Positions 13,263 to 26,449 of a stretch of DNA of 64,000 bases are shown here, piece by piece. Every line of letters starts with the position of its first letter. Position 1 is the stretch's first letter. Origin of the DNA: Octopus sinensis (lineage: Eukaryota); assembly GCF_006345805.1 (NCBI RefSeq), contig NC_043003.1, forward strand, positions 39,060,001 to 39,124,000. The letters are read 5' to 3'. Below the pieces are notes generated by a model. That model ran no database searches. It had not been told where the DNA came from and saw nothing but the letters and a program-made list of their open reading frames with translations. Position numbers and translations under genes: made by a program.

Positions 13263-13577
13263 ATGCATGCATGTATCTATGAGTGTGTGTGTGCGCGCGT
13301 GCGTACCTGCATGCATGGATGGATGATGGATGGATGGGTGGGCGGATGGAGAAAGAGAGAGTGATAGAGAGAAATTGAAATGCACTTGTGGTGATAGCAA
13401 TACTTATAAATGCACTCTCATTCACTCTCTACTCTCTCTCTATCTCTCTCTTTCACACACAAGTACACACATGCGCACACAAACATGCACGCACACGCAC
13501 GATCACACACACATAAAGCACCCCTTCATACAAACTATTTCCAAATTTATCTCACTATATTTCTATCTCTTTTCCAG

Positions 13578-13697
13578 AATGTTCTAAGAAAAGCCTACAA
13601 GAAATGGTTGCCTGATAAGAATAAATTCTATGGAAAAATGGAATTTTGTAACCAGCTGAATATATCATCTTGCTTTATTACCGAAACATCAGATACC
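13578..13697 (+). CDS. MAN2B1: alpha-mannosidase exon 5
   Basis: tttccag / GTAAGT; 120 nt; NVLRKAYKKW...EFCNQLNISSCFITETSDT (family motif FC..LNIS.C). Confidence 0.92.
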
Positions 13698-14679
13698 GTA
13701 AGTTCCTCTGCCCCTTGAGGTATTTTCCCGTTACGAGAGCATTTTCTGAGTCAGGGTGAGTTTGTGTGTATGTCGGGCTTGTTTTTTTTATGTGGTTGTT
13801 ACTAGAGGGGACAACTGTTCTTGGTGTTAGTTGTGATGTTAGTGGTTGTGTTTCTGGTGAAGGCGGCGAGCTGGCTGAAACGTTAGCACGCCGGGCGAAA
13901 TGCGTAGCCGTATTTCGTCTGCCGTTACGTTCTGAGTTCAAATTCCGCCGAGGTCGACTTTGCCTTTCATCCTTTCGGGGTCGATAAATTAAGTACCAGT
14001 TACGCACTGGTGTCGATGTAATCGACTTAATCCGTTTGTCTGTCCTTTTTTGTCCTCTCTGTGTTTAGCCCCTTATGGGTAGTAAAGAAATAGGTTGTGC
14101 TTCTGATGTTATTAGTGACTGTATTTGTAGATGTGTTGTTGTTGCTGTTGTTGTTGTTTATAGTAAGGGTGGTGGTCGCGGTGGTTGTATGGCATTGTCA
14201 TTGACGTTGGCAGAGGTATTGATGTTGTTGTTAGTGGAGACGGTATCTGTGTTGGTGTTGTTGTTGCTGTTGTTATAGTTGGTGGCAGATGTAGTGATAG
14301 TGTTGATGGTGAGAGTGGTGTCAAGAATTGTGTTGACGATGGTGTTATTGCACATCTTTTGGGTCAAGTTCCATTTGTGGATCTGCATGGGGATTTCATT
14401 GATGATATCGCTATTATAATTATTGTTTATTTTCTAATTAGAGCTTATATTGCTTGTTCCTGTTGTTGTTGCTACTACTTTTTTAATTGTTGTTGTTAGT
14501 GAAGTAGCCAATGCTTTTTTTATTTAGCCCCAGATAAGATGTGATCCAGCAGGCTTATTACAAAAGGCGTTCCGTATTGTATGTAAGAGAGTACATTATC
14601 AAATATATTCTTCATTCTCTTTCTGACCCAATTTTACCAGTCCACCTACATCATTATAAGTTGTTATAATAGTGGAATG

Positions 14680-15158
14680 GGATCTTTTCGGTTTGAACGG
14701 CAGTTTTTTTTAATAATTTCCACGAAACTAAACACTTTTAAACTTCGTATACTGGTAGAATGTGTTTATAAAACATCTTTTTCTCTTGGCTTTAGTGAGA
14801 AAATTCTATAGTTTGTAAGATATTTGTTGTTTTTTCTTCAATTTCTGCAATTTCAACCAGTCAATGACGTCTATTGAGGTAAAAAAACATTCTGTGCCGT
14901 ATGAATATGTCCCTCGTTTAAGAAACAGATTGGGTTTATTTACATTTGTGAAGAAAAAAGATACCCTTCCCCCACCCCTAACCCTAACCCTAACCCTAAC
15001 CCTAATCTTAACCCTAACCCTAATCCTAATCCTGACCCTAACTAACCCTAACCCTAAAACAGATTGAAATGCAAAAGATCGATACTAGGGTCATAATTAT
15101 GGGTTACAATTTCATATGACACCGCTAGAAAAAACTGCCGTTCAAACCGAAAAGATCC
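14680..15158. mobile_element. MITE with 29 bp TIRs, 8 bp TSD and internal (TAACCC)n
   Basis: GGATCTTTTCGGTTTGAACGGCAGTTTTT / AAAAACTGCCGTTCAAACCGAAAAGATCC; TSD GTGGAATG at 14672-14679 and 15159-15166. Confidence 0.9.
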
Positions 15159-15289
15159 GTGGAATGAATGACAGATCATATCTAATATGTCGCAATTAAC
15201 CCTTAACAGAGAGCTTTTATCTTGTAGTTCTTTACATGGCCCTCATGCTAGATGGTAATGAAGCTGTCTTTGAATTCCTCTTTTTGCAG

Positions 15290-15409
15290 TTCTTCGTAGC
15301 AATTTACAACCCCAGAGCACAAAAACGTACCCACTGGGTGAGAATACCTATAACACCAGTGAAGGCTTTTAAGGTGCTTGATGCAAAGAACAACAAGATA
15401 CCTGTACAG
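15290..15409 (+). CDS. MAN2B1: alpha-mannosidase exon 6
   Basis: tttttgcag / GTGAGT; 120 nt; FFVAIYNPRAQKRTHWVRIPI...NNKIPVQ (family motif V.IYNP...V.IP). Confidence 0.92.
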
Positions 15410-15708
15410 GTGAGTTGATTATGTTTTTGGGGTTGGTATCCAGTAATGCAGTCTTGCATTAACCGATGTTAATTTTCAGAAAATGCATTAAAAACAACGA
15501 ATAACAGCAGGAAGCTTAAACGCGTGCGCGCGTGAGCCATTGTATGTGTGTATGTACGAGTGTGTATATATGTTATGCGTTCGCATGTGTGTGTGAGTGT
15601 ACGTCTGTGTGTGTACGTCTGTATGTGTGTCTCTGTGTGTGAATGTGTGTGTGTGAGAGAGAGAGAGAGAGTGAGAAAGAAAAAGAGTGAGAGAGAGAGA
15701 GTGAGTGA

Positions 15709-15801
<93 letters not shown>

Positions 15802-15864
15802 CTGTGTGTGCGGGAGCGGTTCTACAGGAGCTACAATTACACGTTTTTCGTATATTTGTTTCAG

Positions 15865-15997
15865 ATTATTCCACTTTCACATCAGACGAAACGGTTGCCA
15901 GAAAGAGAAACTTCCATTGCAACGCATGAACTCGTGTTCTTGGCCTCACTTCCAGCGCTTGGCTACAGCACTTACTTCGTACGACAGACGAATAAAG
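15865..15997 (+). CDS. MAN2B1: alpha-mannosidase exon 7
   Basis: tgtttcag / GTGAGG; 133 nt, phase 0 to 1; IIPLSHQT...HELVFLASLPALGYSTYFVRQTNK (family motif EL.F.ASLPALG.STY). Confidence 0.93.
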
Positions 15998-16521
15998 GTG
16001 AGGGTTAGAGTCTCAGTTATTGTATGATGCTAAATTAGGACGGCCGATATATATATATGTGTGTGTATGTGTGTGTGTGTGTGTGTGTCTGTGTCTGTGT
16101 GTATGTGTGTGTGTTATGTATGTCTATGTATGTATGTATGTATGTATGTATGTATGTATGTATGTATGTATGTATGTATATATATATTCTTAAACACACA
16201 CACACACACACATATAAGTATGTATGTATACACACATATTCATACACACTCATATATTTATATATAGAGTATGGTTGTATGTTGTGATTGAAGTATGACG
16301 TATCTTGTGACTGATGTGTAATGTGTAGTGATATGTTGTGAGTAATGTTTGGTGTATGATGGCATCTTGTGAGTGTTGTATGATGTATAATGATAAACTG
16401 TGACTGGTATGTTACATGATGCCGTGCTATAATTGATAGATGATGGCATATTGTGACTGATGCATATACAATGCTACGACCGATTTATAATTTAGAGTGT
16501 TATACTGTGATTGATGTATAG

Positions 16522-16686
16522 CAGGGGTCTCCAAAGTGGTCGATATCGACCCCTTGGGATCGATGGGACTATTCAAGGGATACATGAAAGAACATCTACT
16601 TAATTATTATTATTATTTATTTATTTTCTTGTACATGCCTGGGGGTCGATGAGGGGCCGATGGTCTAAAAGGTTTGGGGATCCCTG
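16522..16686. mobile_element. hAT-type MITE (165 bp)
   Basis: CAGGGGTCTCCAAA...TTTGGGGATCCCTG termini; 8 bp flanks ATGTATAG / GTGTATAG (7 of 8 match). Confidence 0.75.
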
Positions 16687-17238
16687 GTGTATAGTGTATA
16701 GTTCTATGCTGTGACTGATGTATGGTTTACGGTGATATAGTGTAAGAAGCTGGTTCTTATTGTTGATGATGTTATTTAGCCCCAGGTCAGCCCCGCTCGA
16801 GTACAGTTATGGTCAAAGTTACGTTAGACTTTACCGTCTCGGATTTATAGTCACAAACTATTTAGAATGACACCGTCCAGTGTATATTGAGGAATAATAT
16901 GGAAGTGTGGTAGTCGTTTCATGCTTACTAACTGATGTGAAACAAAATAAAATATTTTATGTTTGATGAGGTTTTCAATCACGTTTTTTGTATTTGATGT
17001 GTTATGGGACAGAACAGAGTCTGTTTAATATATTATGAGATAACAGGATGCTTGATATCTGATGTATTATAAGAAAGATTGCTAAGTTTTCTATGGAATG
17101 ATAGAAAATTTTATATGTGATGAGGTACGTTATACTAATGTTTGAATAACATGTATATCTGATATATCACGGAATAACATAATATCAAATGGATGAAGTT
17201 ATATGTCTGATGTGACTGATAGTTGTTTTGTATTTCAG

Positions 17239-17297
17239 ACCTTAATGACCTTCTACCAACGAATAGCACATTCTCCGACAACGTCGTAGAAAACGAG
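17239..17297 (+). CDS. MAN2B1: alpha-mannosidase exon 8
   Basis: tatttcag / GTAATA; 59 nt, phase 1 to 0; (D)LNDLLPTNSTFSDNVVENE ends in the conserved ENE and restores the frame. Confidence 0.85.
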
Positions 17298-18299
17298 GTA
17301 ATATAATGACTTATGTTCTATCATTGTATGTGTCATTTACTCCGTTGTTTTTGCTGAGAGGCTGGATACGAAAATTTCAATTATTTGGATTAGTGTACGA
17401 AACTTTAGAAATTCGATTATCAGTAGATCAAAAGTGTTAGTTTTACTTGCTTCAGTATACATTTCAAGGAAGATAACAGGAAGAAAAAACGGCTAAGAAC
17501 TAGATTTAATCTAAAATGGTTAAGCAACGTGATAATATATAAGCAAAATTTCACGAATAGGTCAAAATTTGATTGGTTGCTTCCCCCCAAAAGTTGCTAG
17601 AAATGCGTTACACATTCATTCAGTTTTCATGCACAGAAAAGTAAATATATTTATTTATATGTAAAAATGGGCAACGTTTTCATGTCTTTAGGAAGGCAAC
17701 TATTGTTAACAAAGTTTTAGCTGTGCTTAATATTTCTTGTTTGTTTCATAAGTTTTATAATATTTACAATATTTATAATAATATTCTTGTTTGTTTCAAA
17801 GTATGATAAATCCATTATGTGAGAAATAAACTATTTTAGCCAGTTAGACGTTGGGAATTCCTTAATAAAAAGTGATAAAAGTGTCTGCAGGAAATCACCA
17901 ATTCCAATATTTTGTTCAAAATTGCAAAAAAGCTCTAACAGAATGTAATACTTCTCCGAGGGACAGAGATCAGAACTGGGTCGATTAATGTAAGAGATGT
18001 GTAATTTTTAATGGACTAATTGATTACATGCTTATTAACATCCTGTTTTTAAGGTGGCGATCTAGCGGAATCATTAACATGCCGGGCCAAATGCTTAGCG
18101 GCATTTCATCCGTCCTTACGTCCTAAGTTCAAATTCCGTCGGGGTCGACTTAGCCTTTCATCCTTCTAAATCGATAAAATAAGCACCAGTTGAACGCTAG
18201 GGGTCTATGTAATCGACTTATACCTTTTCCCCGAAATTGTTGGCCTTGTGCCAAAGTTTGAAATCAATATTAACATATTTTAAACTTCAGATATATTTT

Positions 18300-18900
18300 G
18301 ACAAGGTAGGCGTTTTTGGAAGTACCTGAATGCGTACATTTGTTGCACAAACCGTTTTAAAGAGATATTTTTTAAGTAAGTCTAAATGGATTTTAATGTA
18401 ACTCACTTTTTGTTTCCGACTTATAATTATCGATTTGAAATTACTAAAAGCCTTAAACCAACAACATTGTTCTCTTTAAACGCAATCAATGGTTCACCTG
18501 CCACTAAAGTTCCTACTCTATCATTTATTCTTAGCTTAATAGTTTTCTTTTTGTGTCTAAATTAATAGTATTGCCTTTCTAATAGGATGTGGTGATCTTG
18601 TAAAAGCGTTATCTATGGTATGCTTGGTTATTAGTTTATTTTTGCCTGCTGAAGAAGCATGGGAACGTTTGGGGTTTTTAAATTTTGTTAAATCTTTGTA
18701 TGATAAATGATAGGTGTTGGGTGAATTTCTTAGCAGTTATATTCAGTTACTTCATCATATTCAGTGTCCCGTGCTGCGGGGGGAATTTCCGTCATCCAAA
18801 ACTGAAATCTTTTTCTTTTGTTATTTCTATCTAAAAAAAATGTCTTCCATTTCATCTTCTTTATTAAGACTTTGTTTTCCTTTCTTCAATTAGACATTTA
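18300..18900 (-). mobile_element. Decayed Penelope-like element, N-terminal/pre-RT region
   Basis: Minus-strand fragments LIKKMKWKTFFL and LRINDRVGTLVAGEPLIAFKE resemble the PLE motifs KRMRWKAFF and L.I.DR.E...AFITLKD. Recalled similarity; many stops. Confidence 0.5.
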
Positions 18901-19303
18901 ATTATTTTCGAATGATACTCGGACATTCTTTGCGCAGGAGTTCAGGAGCTACTCCTCCATTTTCAGATTTTGTAACTATGAACAGTGTTCAACAAACTAA
19001 ATTAAATGGATGAATATTTACTTGCAAATAGGGAAAAGTTCTCAATATATAAAATATAAAGTGTATGAATTTAAAGCTGAAGCTTCTTGAATTGTATCTG
19101 TGAGTTTCACGTTACTAATTATTCGAAGGGTGAAGTAGAGAAGTTGCGTGACATTATACAAGCAAAAATATTCGGAAAAGTATAATGATATGATTAATCT
19201 GTACTATTTCATATATACATATATATATGTATATATGTTTGTATGTATATGTTTATATGTATATATATATATGTATATAATCTGTTTTGCATTTCTTTTT
19301 CAG

Positions 19304-19507
19304 TATATAAAACTGGAGTTTGACCATAGTACCGGTTGCCCATTGACAATTACCAACAAAGTTAAGAATATTAAACGTCCGTTCACACAAAACCTCAAGT
19401 ACTATCGTTCTTCAGTAGATTATACACAACCGTCTGGAGCGTATATATTCCGTCCCGAACAGCAGAATCCGGAAATTTTTCATCAAGCAAGGGGTTATAT
19501 ATTAAGA
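19304..19507 (+). CDS. MAN2B1: alpha-mannosidase exon 9
   Basis: tttttcag / GTAAGT; 204 nt; YIKLEFDHSTG...TQPSGAYIFRPEQQNP...YILR (SGAYIFRP motif). Confidence 0.95.
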
Positions 19508-20063
19508 GTAAGTTAAAATACCACCTGTTCACAGAGGGCTAATAAGTTACTGTGGTGAATAATTACTGGGCATCCAACCGACTAGTTCGAACTGTTTATC
19601 ACGTGGTTGTTCTTGGATTATATCCTGGTCCAAATATCTTAACTCTCAACAGCCCTGTCTACGTATCTTATATAGGTACCACGTTGTAGTTATAGTTTAG
19701 TGTATAAATAGTATATTGAAGGTTGGGGTACAACGTTGAGCAGTTCGAACGATAATATAGAAAATTCTTGGTGGGGTATCGAATGTGAAAATAAGAGAAA
19801 GAGTTTAAATGCCTGTATATTCTTATATTCGCTTACTTCCACTTAAGTTGTGAGTTCAAATCCCACCGAAGTCAACTTTCAACTTTCCTTGGTCAGCTGA
19901 ACTGACTGCTATCTCTTCTACAATGAGTAGCCTTGTAGCAATATAACACTATCACCAACACACCACTGCCACTACGACCACCTCAACTACAACAACCGCC
20001 ACTATTACTACCACCACTACCATTATCCATTTGTAAGCATATTGTCATCTCTGTATATTTCAG

Positions 20064-20182
20064 GGTAAATTGGTGACGGAGGTACACCTCATATACAACG
20101 ACTGGGCAAGTCAGGTGATCAGACTGTATCAAGGAGCCAAAACTCTGGAAGTAGAGTGGACTGTCGGACCCCTACCTATTAT
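20064..20182 (+). CDS. MAN2B1: alpha-mannosidase exon 10
   Basis: atttcag / GTAAGT; 119 nt, phase 0 to 2; GKLVTEVHLIYNDWASQVIRLYQGAKTLEVEWTVGPLPI. Confidence 0.95.
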
Positions 20183-20458
20183 GTAAGTTCCAAATTAAAT
20201 GTTATTAGGGACAGGCAAGAATAATTGTCACAGAAAATATGTAGGTTGTTTATATATATACATATAAAACTTATCATAAAAGCAAGCATTAATACACGTA
20301 CACGTAATGAAGCCAAACCAAGTAATGATATTTTGAATGCATTTAGTACGTACGTTTCAGATCATTAAGCAATAGAAAGGGAATTTCATTTCTTGCACAA
20401 GATCTTTCTCAGTTAAGACGTGTGTTCGTGCGTATATGTGTGTATATGAGTTGCAGTG

Positions 20459-20515
<57 letters not shown>

Positions 20516-20961
20516 AATGCGTGTACACATTGTATGCACGTCCACGAAAATCGAGTGTATGCATCCATACAAACCCATGTCATATGCATGTGCGTGCATT
20601 CAGGTTCGTGCGCACTATACGGGTATGTGTGTGTATATCGAGGGTGAGTGTATACATCCATGGATTTACGTGTGTGCACACATTGTGTTTGTGTGCTGTG
20701 TTTCGAAAACACATTTCTGCAATATATAAATTCTTCTACTTGTTTCAGTCATTTGACTGTGGCTATGCTGTAGCACCGCCTTGAAGGGTTTTAGTCGAAC
20801 AAATCGACTCGAAAACTTATTTTTTAAGCCTAGAACTTATTCTATCGCTCCATTGTGCCGAACTGCTAAGTTATGTGGACGTAAACACACCAAAACTGGT
20901 TGTCAACACACACACCAACACACACACACCACACACACACACACACACACTCACACACACA

Positions 20962-20998
<37 letters not shown>

Positions 20999-21994
20999 AT
21001 AAAGCAATAAAACCAGAAGCAGATTATAATTGATGTATATTTGTTTGTATGTATGTGTGTGTTTGTGTGTGTATGTGTTTGTGTGAGTGTGTGTGTATGT
21101 GTGTGTGCTTGTGTGTAAGTATGTGCTTGTGTGTAAGTATGTGCTTGTGCGTAAGAATGAATGGATAGAAGATAGTTTAACAGAAAGAAGTGCAAATTTT
21201 TCTTTTCAATGCATGACTGAGCAATGATCGCGCTCGCACCCACCCACCCCCGCACACACACATACACGAACATATATACATTGATACTTGTAAACTTCAT
21301 TCTTTCTCTGAGACAGCGAAAATTGGTCTTTACCAATGAACATGTAAGAAATGTTCTAAATTTGTAAAATGTTGTAAATTTTGAATTTAGCTTTAGTTAT
21401 AAAATTACATCTCACAACAGTTCAAAACATTTTTTTTTCGATTTTTGAATAATTGCATATATAAATCCTTAAAAATGTTTTAGCCCGAAGGACGCAGCCA
21501 TGCTGGGGCACCATCTTCAAATATTTTTCATAAAATCGAAACTTTTTCTTTCCTTCTTTTGCCTATATTTTTCGGAAATTTCACAAGATCCGAGTTTTTC
21601 CCTCATAACTTTTAGGAAAATGATTTTTTTTTTTTAGTGAAATTTTATATAAATACCTTTTTTTACTTCGTTTCCGAGTAGTATTCTAAGCATTAACCTT
21701 AGTAATTTTTGATTTCTTGTTCTTTTCTCCCAACTTTTTTGAAACTATTACATTGCAAGTATTACATGATTTGTTCTGTTGCATCATCTTTGGGAGTAAA
21801 AATTGGTCAGCATAGTTGTTGAAATTGAAAGAGTTTTGAAACACAATCAGGTGACAGGTACTTTTGTAAATGCTACAGAAGGACCGTAGTTAAACTCTCG
21901 GTTCGGTAACGATACGAGTGAGGAATCTAATACGGGTCTTTTATGAGCATATATATGTTAAATAAAATGAGACATTTTATTCAACACACACACA

Positions 21995-22037
<43 letters not shown>

Positions 22038-22687
22038 TATATATGTATGCATGTATGTATGTATTTGTGTGGGGGTGGGGTGTATCTAGTTGTCTGTGAT
22101 ATGTCTTTTGATTTTCTGCGGGTATACGTGTGATAAATTAGTCTTGATATAGTTTATCTTTACAAAGTAAATACCCACTCCTTTTCTAAAACCCTCACAC
22201 TCTCCCATAGAAACAAGTCTTTCAATCCAACACGTATCCCCGCATCTTATCACAATAAAACTACTTCGCACGCTTTTCAACTCTCCCATCGACCTTCAAA
22301 TGAAAAATTCTTTAGTCAAAACTTTAATTCAACCACGCCTTAAACTTATCTCCCATTCACAGATTTTATATTCCCCCGATTTTATCAGTGCTCAAGTTAC
22401 TATTCTTAGGCATAGCAACATTTTGATAACCTTCTAATTGACTTTGTTTCCTCACAATCTTCTGAAAAACGCAATTTTTTAAAAGAAATTTTTGCTACGA
22501 TACGTCCTCAAGGGTGTACACACAAGGAACACACACACACACACACACACACACGTGCACACACACACATACGCACACACACACACACACACACAAGAAA
22601 CACACTCACACATACACACACACAAGGAACACACTCACACACACAAGTAACACACACACACACACAAGGAACACACTTACACACACA

Positions 22688-22730
<43 letters not shown>

Positions 22731-23245
22731 TACAAGGAACACGTCCTCAAGGGTGTAGATTCTGATTATGTTGATAAAATGTTTTGTAGGAATTCCGGAT
22801 AATTATTCCTCTTCCCACGAATTCATTGCCAAAAAAAATTCTGTTACTTTAGTACTTTTAATAATTTTCCTTTTCACATATTTCTATTTTGAAGCTCCAA
22901 TACTACGTAATCTACACTTATAAAAACGCGTTTCTGCAATATGTCATTTAAAAATAACAAGTTATCAGAAAACAAAGTCGGGAGGGGGAAGAATAATTCG
23001 AAAATAACAATAATAATTCTTTCTACTACAGGCACAAGGCCAGAAAGTTCGGGATAGGGTACTAGTCAATTATATCGATTCCACTTCTCGCTGTTACTAA
23101 TGGACTCCGAAAAGGATGAAAGGCAGAGTCGACCTCGGAGGTGCTTCTAGGTTAATTTGCCAAGATATATCAGATGCACTGTTTTAAACACACGCGCGCG
23201 CGCGCGCACACACACATATCTTCTCTGTCTGTCTGCCTCTCTGTC

Positions 23246-23320
<75 letters not shown>

Positions 23321-23519
23321 TATATATATATAAATATGTGTGTGTGTCCTGGGCGTCCAATAATACTATACATGTTCCACGTCCTCGCGTTGTTGTGTTT
23401 TCTCTTTGTGTTTTCATGTTTGGATTAACTATGTATATATATATGTATACATACACGCGCGTGTAGGCACGCACACACACATATGTGTGTGTAAGAATTA
23501 TATTGTGAATTCTTTACAT

Positions 23520-23609
23520 GAACAGCTTCTTCTTCTTCTTCTTCTTCTTCTTCTTCTTCTTCTTCTTCTTCTTCTTTCTTCTTCTTCTTCTTCTTCTTCT
23601 TCTCTTCTT

Positions 23610-23660
<51 letters not shown>
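23520..23660. repeat. Compound (CTT)n(CTA)n microsatellite upstream of exon 11
   Basis: Direct reading. Confidence 0.95.
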
Positions 23661-23661
<1 letters not shown>

Positions 23662-23798
23662 TTCTCTTTTTTCTTCGCCTTCTTCCATTCCTCCCCCCTT
23701 CCTGCTCTTCTTTTCCCTTTCTTATCCTCTTCTCTTCTAACCATGTAAAATACTGTCCTCTAAAGGTACTTCAAAGTCTGTTTGTGGTTTATTTGCAG

Positions 23799-23900
23799 AA
23801 ACAACCAAGGCACAGAAATAATTACAGAGTACAACATTGGACTCAACAATGACGGAGTGATCTACACCGATGCAAACAGTCGTCAGATGATGTACAGGAA
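23799..23900 (+). CDS. MAN2B1: alpha-mannosidase exon 11
   Basis: atttgcag / GTTAGT; 102 nt, phase 2 to 2; NNQGTEIITEYNIGLNNDGVIYTDANSRQMMYR (family motif FYTDSNGRE). Confidence 0.9.
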
Positions 23901-24131
23901 GTTAGTATCAATCTGATCTAGCCATAGAAAATCTGAAGTTTCAGGACATCGAGGGTGTACAGCAATGTATGCATGTGTGTGTGTATGTATGTGTGTATGT
24001 GTGTACGTGTGTATGTGTGTACGTGTGTATGTGTGTGTGTGTGTGTAAATAGACAAGAACCAAGTGATGGTTGTATGAGTATTGTCGGCCTTTGACTTCT
24101 TTTGGAGATGTTATTTCTACCTGTGACGGGT

Positions 24132-24348
24132 TATATTTCTAGACCTGTATATTTCTAGACCTGTATATATATTTCTAGACCTGTATATATATTTCTAGAC
24201 CTGTATATATATTTCTAGACCTGTATATATTTCCAGACCTGTATATTTCTAGACCTGTATATATTTCTAGACCTGTATATACTTCTAGACCTGTATATAC
24301 TTCTAGACCTGTGTATATTTCTAGACCTGTATATTTCTAGACCTGTAT
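24132..24348. repeat. Minisatellite, 16-20 bp unit TATATTTCTAGACCTG, about 12 copies
   Basis: Direct reading; unit length varies with the number of TA. Confidence 0.92.
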
Positions 24349-25074
24349 CACAGTAAAGTTAATCCTTTGACTGTCCTCTGTATCAAATGTGACACACAGG
24401 AGATACATTGCCAACTTGGAACTATTGAAAGGGAAGCTTTGTATTGCTCTGAACGTATGAAACAGGGGCTAACTAAAAGTCTGAAAACAAACATGGACGA
24501 TTAAGACAAACTTATGACAATGATTTGATTAAGTAAAGGGTTAAATGGAGAAAGCAGAATAAATTGAGAAAGAGTGAGAGAGTGATGGAGAGAGAAAATA
24601 AGTGAGTTGAGTGAGAGGGAGAGAGAAAAATTGTAAAAGAGAGAGGGAAAGGAAAAGAGTAATGAAGAAGGAGAGAAAAAGGGAGAGGGGGAACTAGCGA
24701 CGGAGGGAAAATGACATGGTTGGTTTGGAGAGTTCACGATACTGGTATTTGTATGCATGTGTAGATATGAAGGATATGTGGTATAGCAAAATGGTGTATT
24801 ATGATGTTGAAGGGAAGGGGTAGTAAGCTGGAGGTATATCCCTAGGTTTAAAGTGAATTCAGTTTGTTTATAAATGTACGCAAATTGTGGGTACATGTGC
24901 CAGTGTAGTTTGTAGTACGTTTAAAGTATGTATATGAATGTATTGTTGCATAGGATATAGTATGTTGTCTGTGAGATGTGTAAGTAAATGTGTAGTGTAC
25001 TAAAATGGGATGCATATGGGAGGGTGGAATACCGTATAGTAAAGTGTAATTATGTTATCAGGCCCACATTATTC

Positions 25075-25330
25075 TATTCATATCGAAGGGGCGGAGTAGC
25101 CAAGACGGAAGATAAGGCGTTGTTCTTTTTGGTAGCAAGAAGCAGTGGCATCCGAAGTATTAAATAACGCCACAAACTGGGAGATGGAAAATGGTGTGTG
25201 CAAGTGATGTCCAATTGTTCATGTAGTGTTCAGACAGATATCACATAAATGTTCAATGATACAACCAGCTAACTTACAGCCAGTTTTTCCAATATTAATG
25301 AGCTCACAGAACTTACATTTAAGGTAGTAA
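25075..25330 (-). mobile_element. Penelope-like element GIY-YIG endonuclease remnant
   Basis: Minus strand reads KCKFCELINIGKTGCKLAGCIIEHL...KEQRLIFRLGYSAP, matching PLE C..C...YIG.T...L..R..EH and EQ.LIF.LG...P. One stop; a C-rich 3' region continues to about 24500. Confidence 0.75.
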
Positions 25331-25704
25331 CTGACATTTTTAATGGTCCAGAATTTGTTCCACTGTATTTAATCACATTGTTCTATGTGTTCTGAGTAAA
25401 AATATCATGTCAAGTTACATTTAGCTTTTTCATTATACTAGTCCCAATAAGACAATTTTTCATTATACTAGTTTCAATAAGACAATTCCCAATACTCCAT
25501 TGGAGTCGATTCAATCATCTTTCATTCACGACAAAAATACGAAACTGTAGTGCTAATGTTAGTAATCAAGCCCCTACTTTTTTCATCCTTTAGTACTATG
25601 GTAAATAAAGAAATTGCTAAATCCTGGATCTGTGTGAGTCTATCCTCAACCCTAGGTGATGATCGTCCTTCACTCTTGGCGAGGATATATGTGTGGATAT
25701 GTCT

Positions 25705-26215
25705 TTGCATTTATGCATGTTATTTAGTTTTATTTCAAGATTTATTGCCAATAGAGAAAGAACCGGTTCTAACCTAGGTCCAAGGTTCCTTCATTGGAAT
25801 TTCAGCATCAACAACAGGGTATTTTGTATGTATGTATGTATGTATGTATGTATGTATGTATGTATGTATGTATGTATGTATGTATGTATGTATGTATGTA
25901 TGTATGTATGTATGTATGTATGTATGTATGTATGTATGTATGTATACGTGCAGATTTGAATGTTTTGTTTTATGTATGGCTTCTCATGCATATACTTTCA
26001 TATCTAGACATGCTCATATGTACTTAAATGATAAACTTCTGGAGAGTTTTACAGATTTTTGCAGTTCCACTGATGGTTTGGATCTGTAGTCTTCGAATCA
26101 GCTTTCTCCTTTCTAGTTTTGGGGAGCCTAATTTCTCAAGATTGGTATTTAGGCAGTGTGTTACATATCCCAGTGCCCCCAAATTACAGGTATGAACCTG
26201 AACTTGCATATATGT
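25705..26215 (-). mobile_element. Second copy of the (TACA)n-associated R4-like LINE 3' fragment
   Basis: LGALGYVTHCLNTNLEKLG...IRRLQIQTISGTAKICKTLQKFII*, with the same UTR, internal (TACA)n and terminal 110 bp segment as 3160-3735. Confidence 0.8.
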
Positions 26216-26361
26216 ATGTATGTATGTATAATCGATTCGTCCACATTTACGTAGCCTCGTGCATACGTTAGAAAACTTTCTTACTACTATCATTTGGTTA
26301 TTAAAGATATTCATAATATAATAATGAAATATTTCTTGTTTCCTTTCATAAAACACTTTAG

Positions 26362-26449
26362 AATCAACCATCGCGATACATGGGATTTCTCTAACTCGGA
26401 ACCTGTTGCTGGTAATTATTACCCCATCACAAGCAGAGCCTATATAAGG
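26362..26449 (+). CDS. MAN2B1: alpha-mannosidase exon 12
   Basis: ctttag / GTAAGC; 88 nt, phase 2 to 0; INHRDTWDFSNSEPVAGNYYPITSRAYIR (EPVAGNYYP motif). Confidence 0.95.

Noticed and set aside
14975-15057. (CCCTAA)n as a true telomere or fusion scar
   Set aside because: It lies inside a TIR/TSD-bounded MITE within an intron.
24132-24348. Regularly repeated 16-20 bp unit resembling a CRISPR array (also 59945-60605)
   Set aside because: No unique spacers, contiguous units, eukaryotic intron context, no cas genes.
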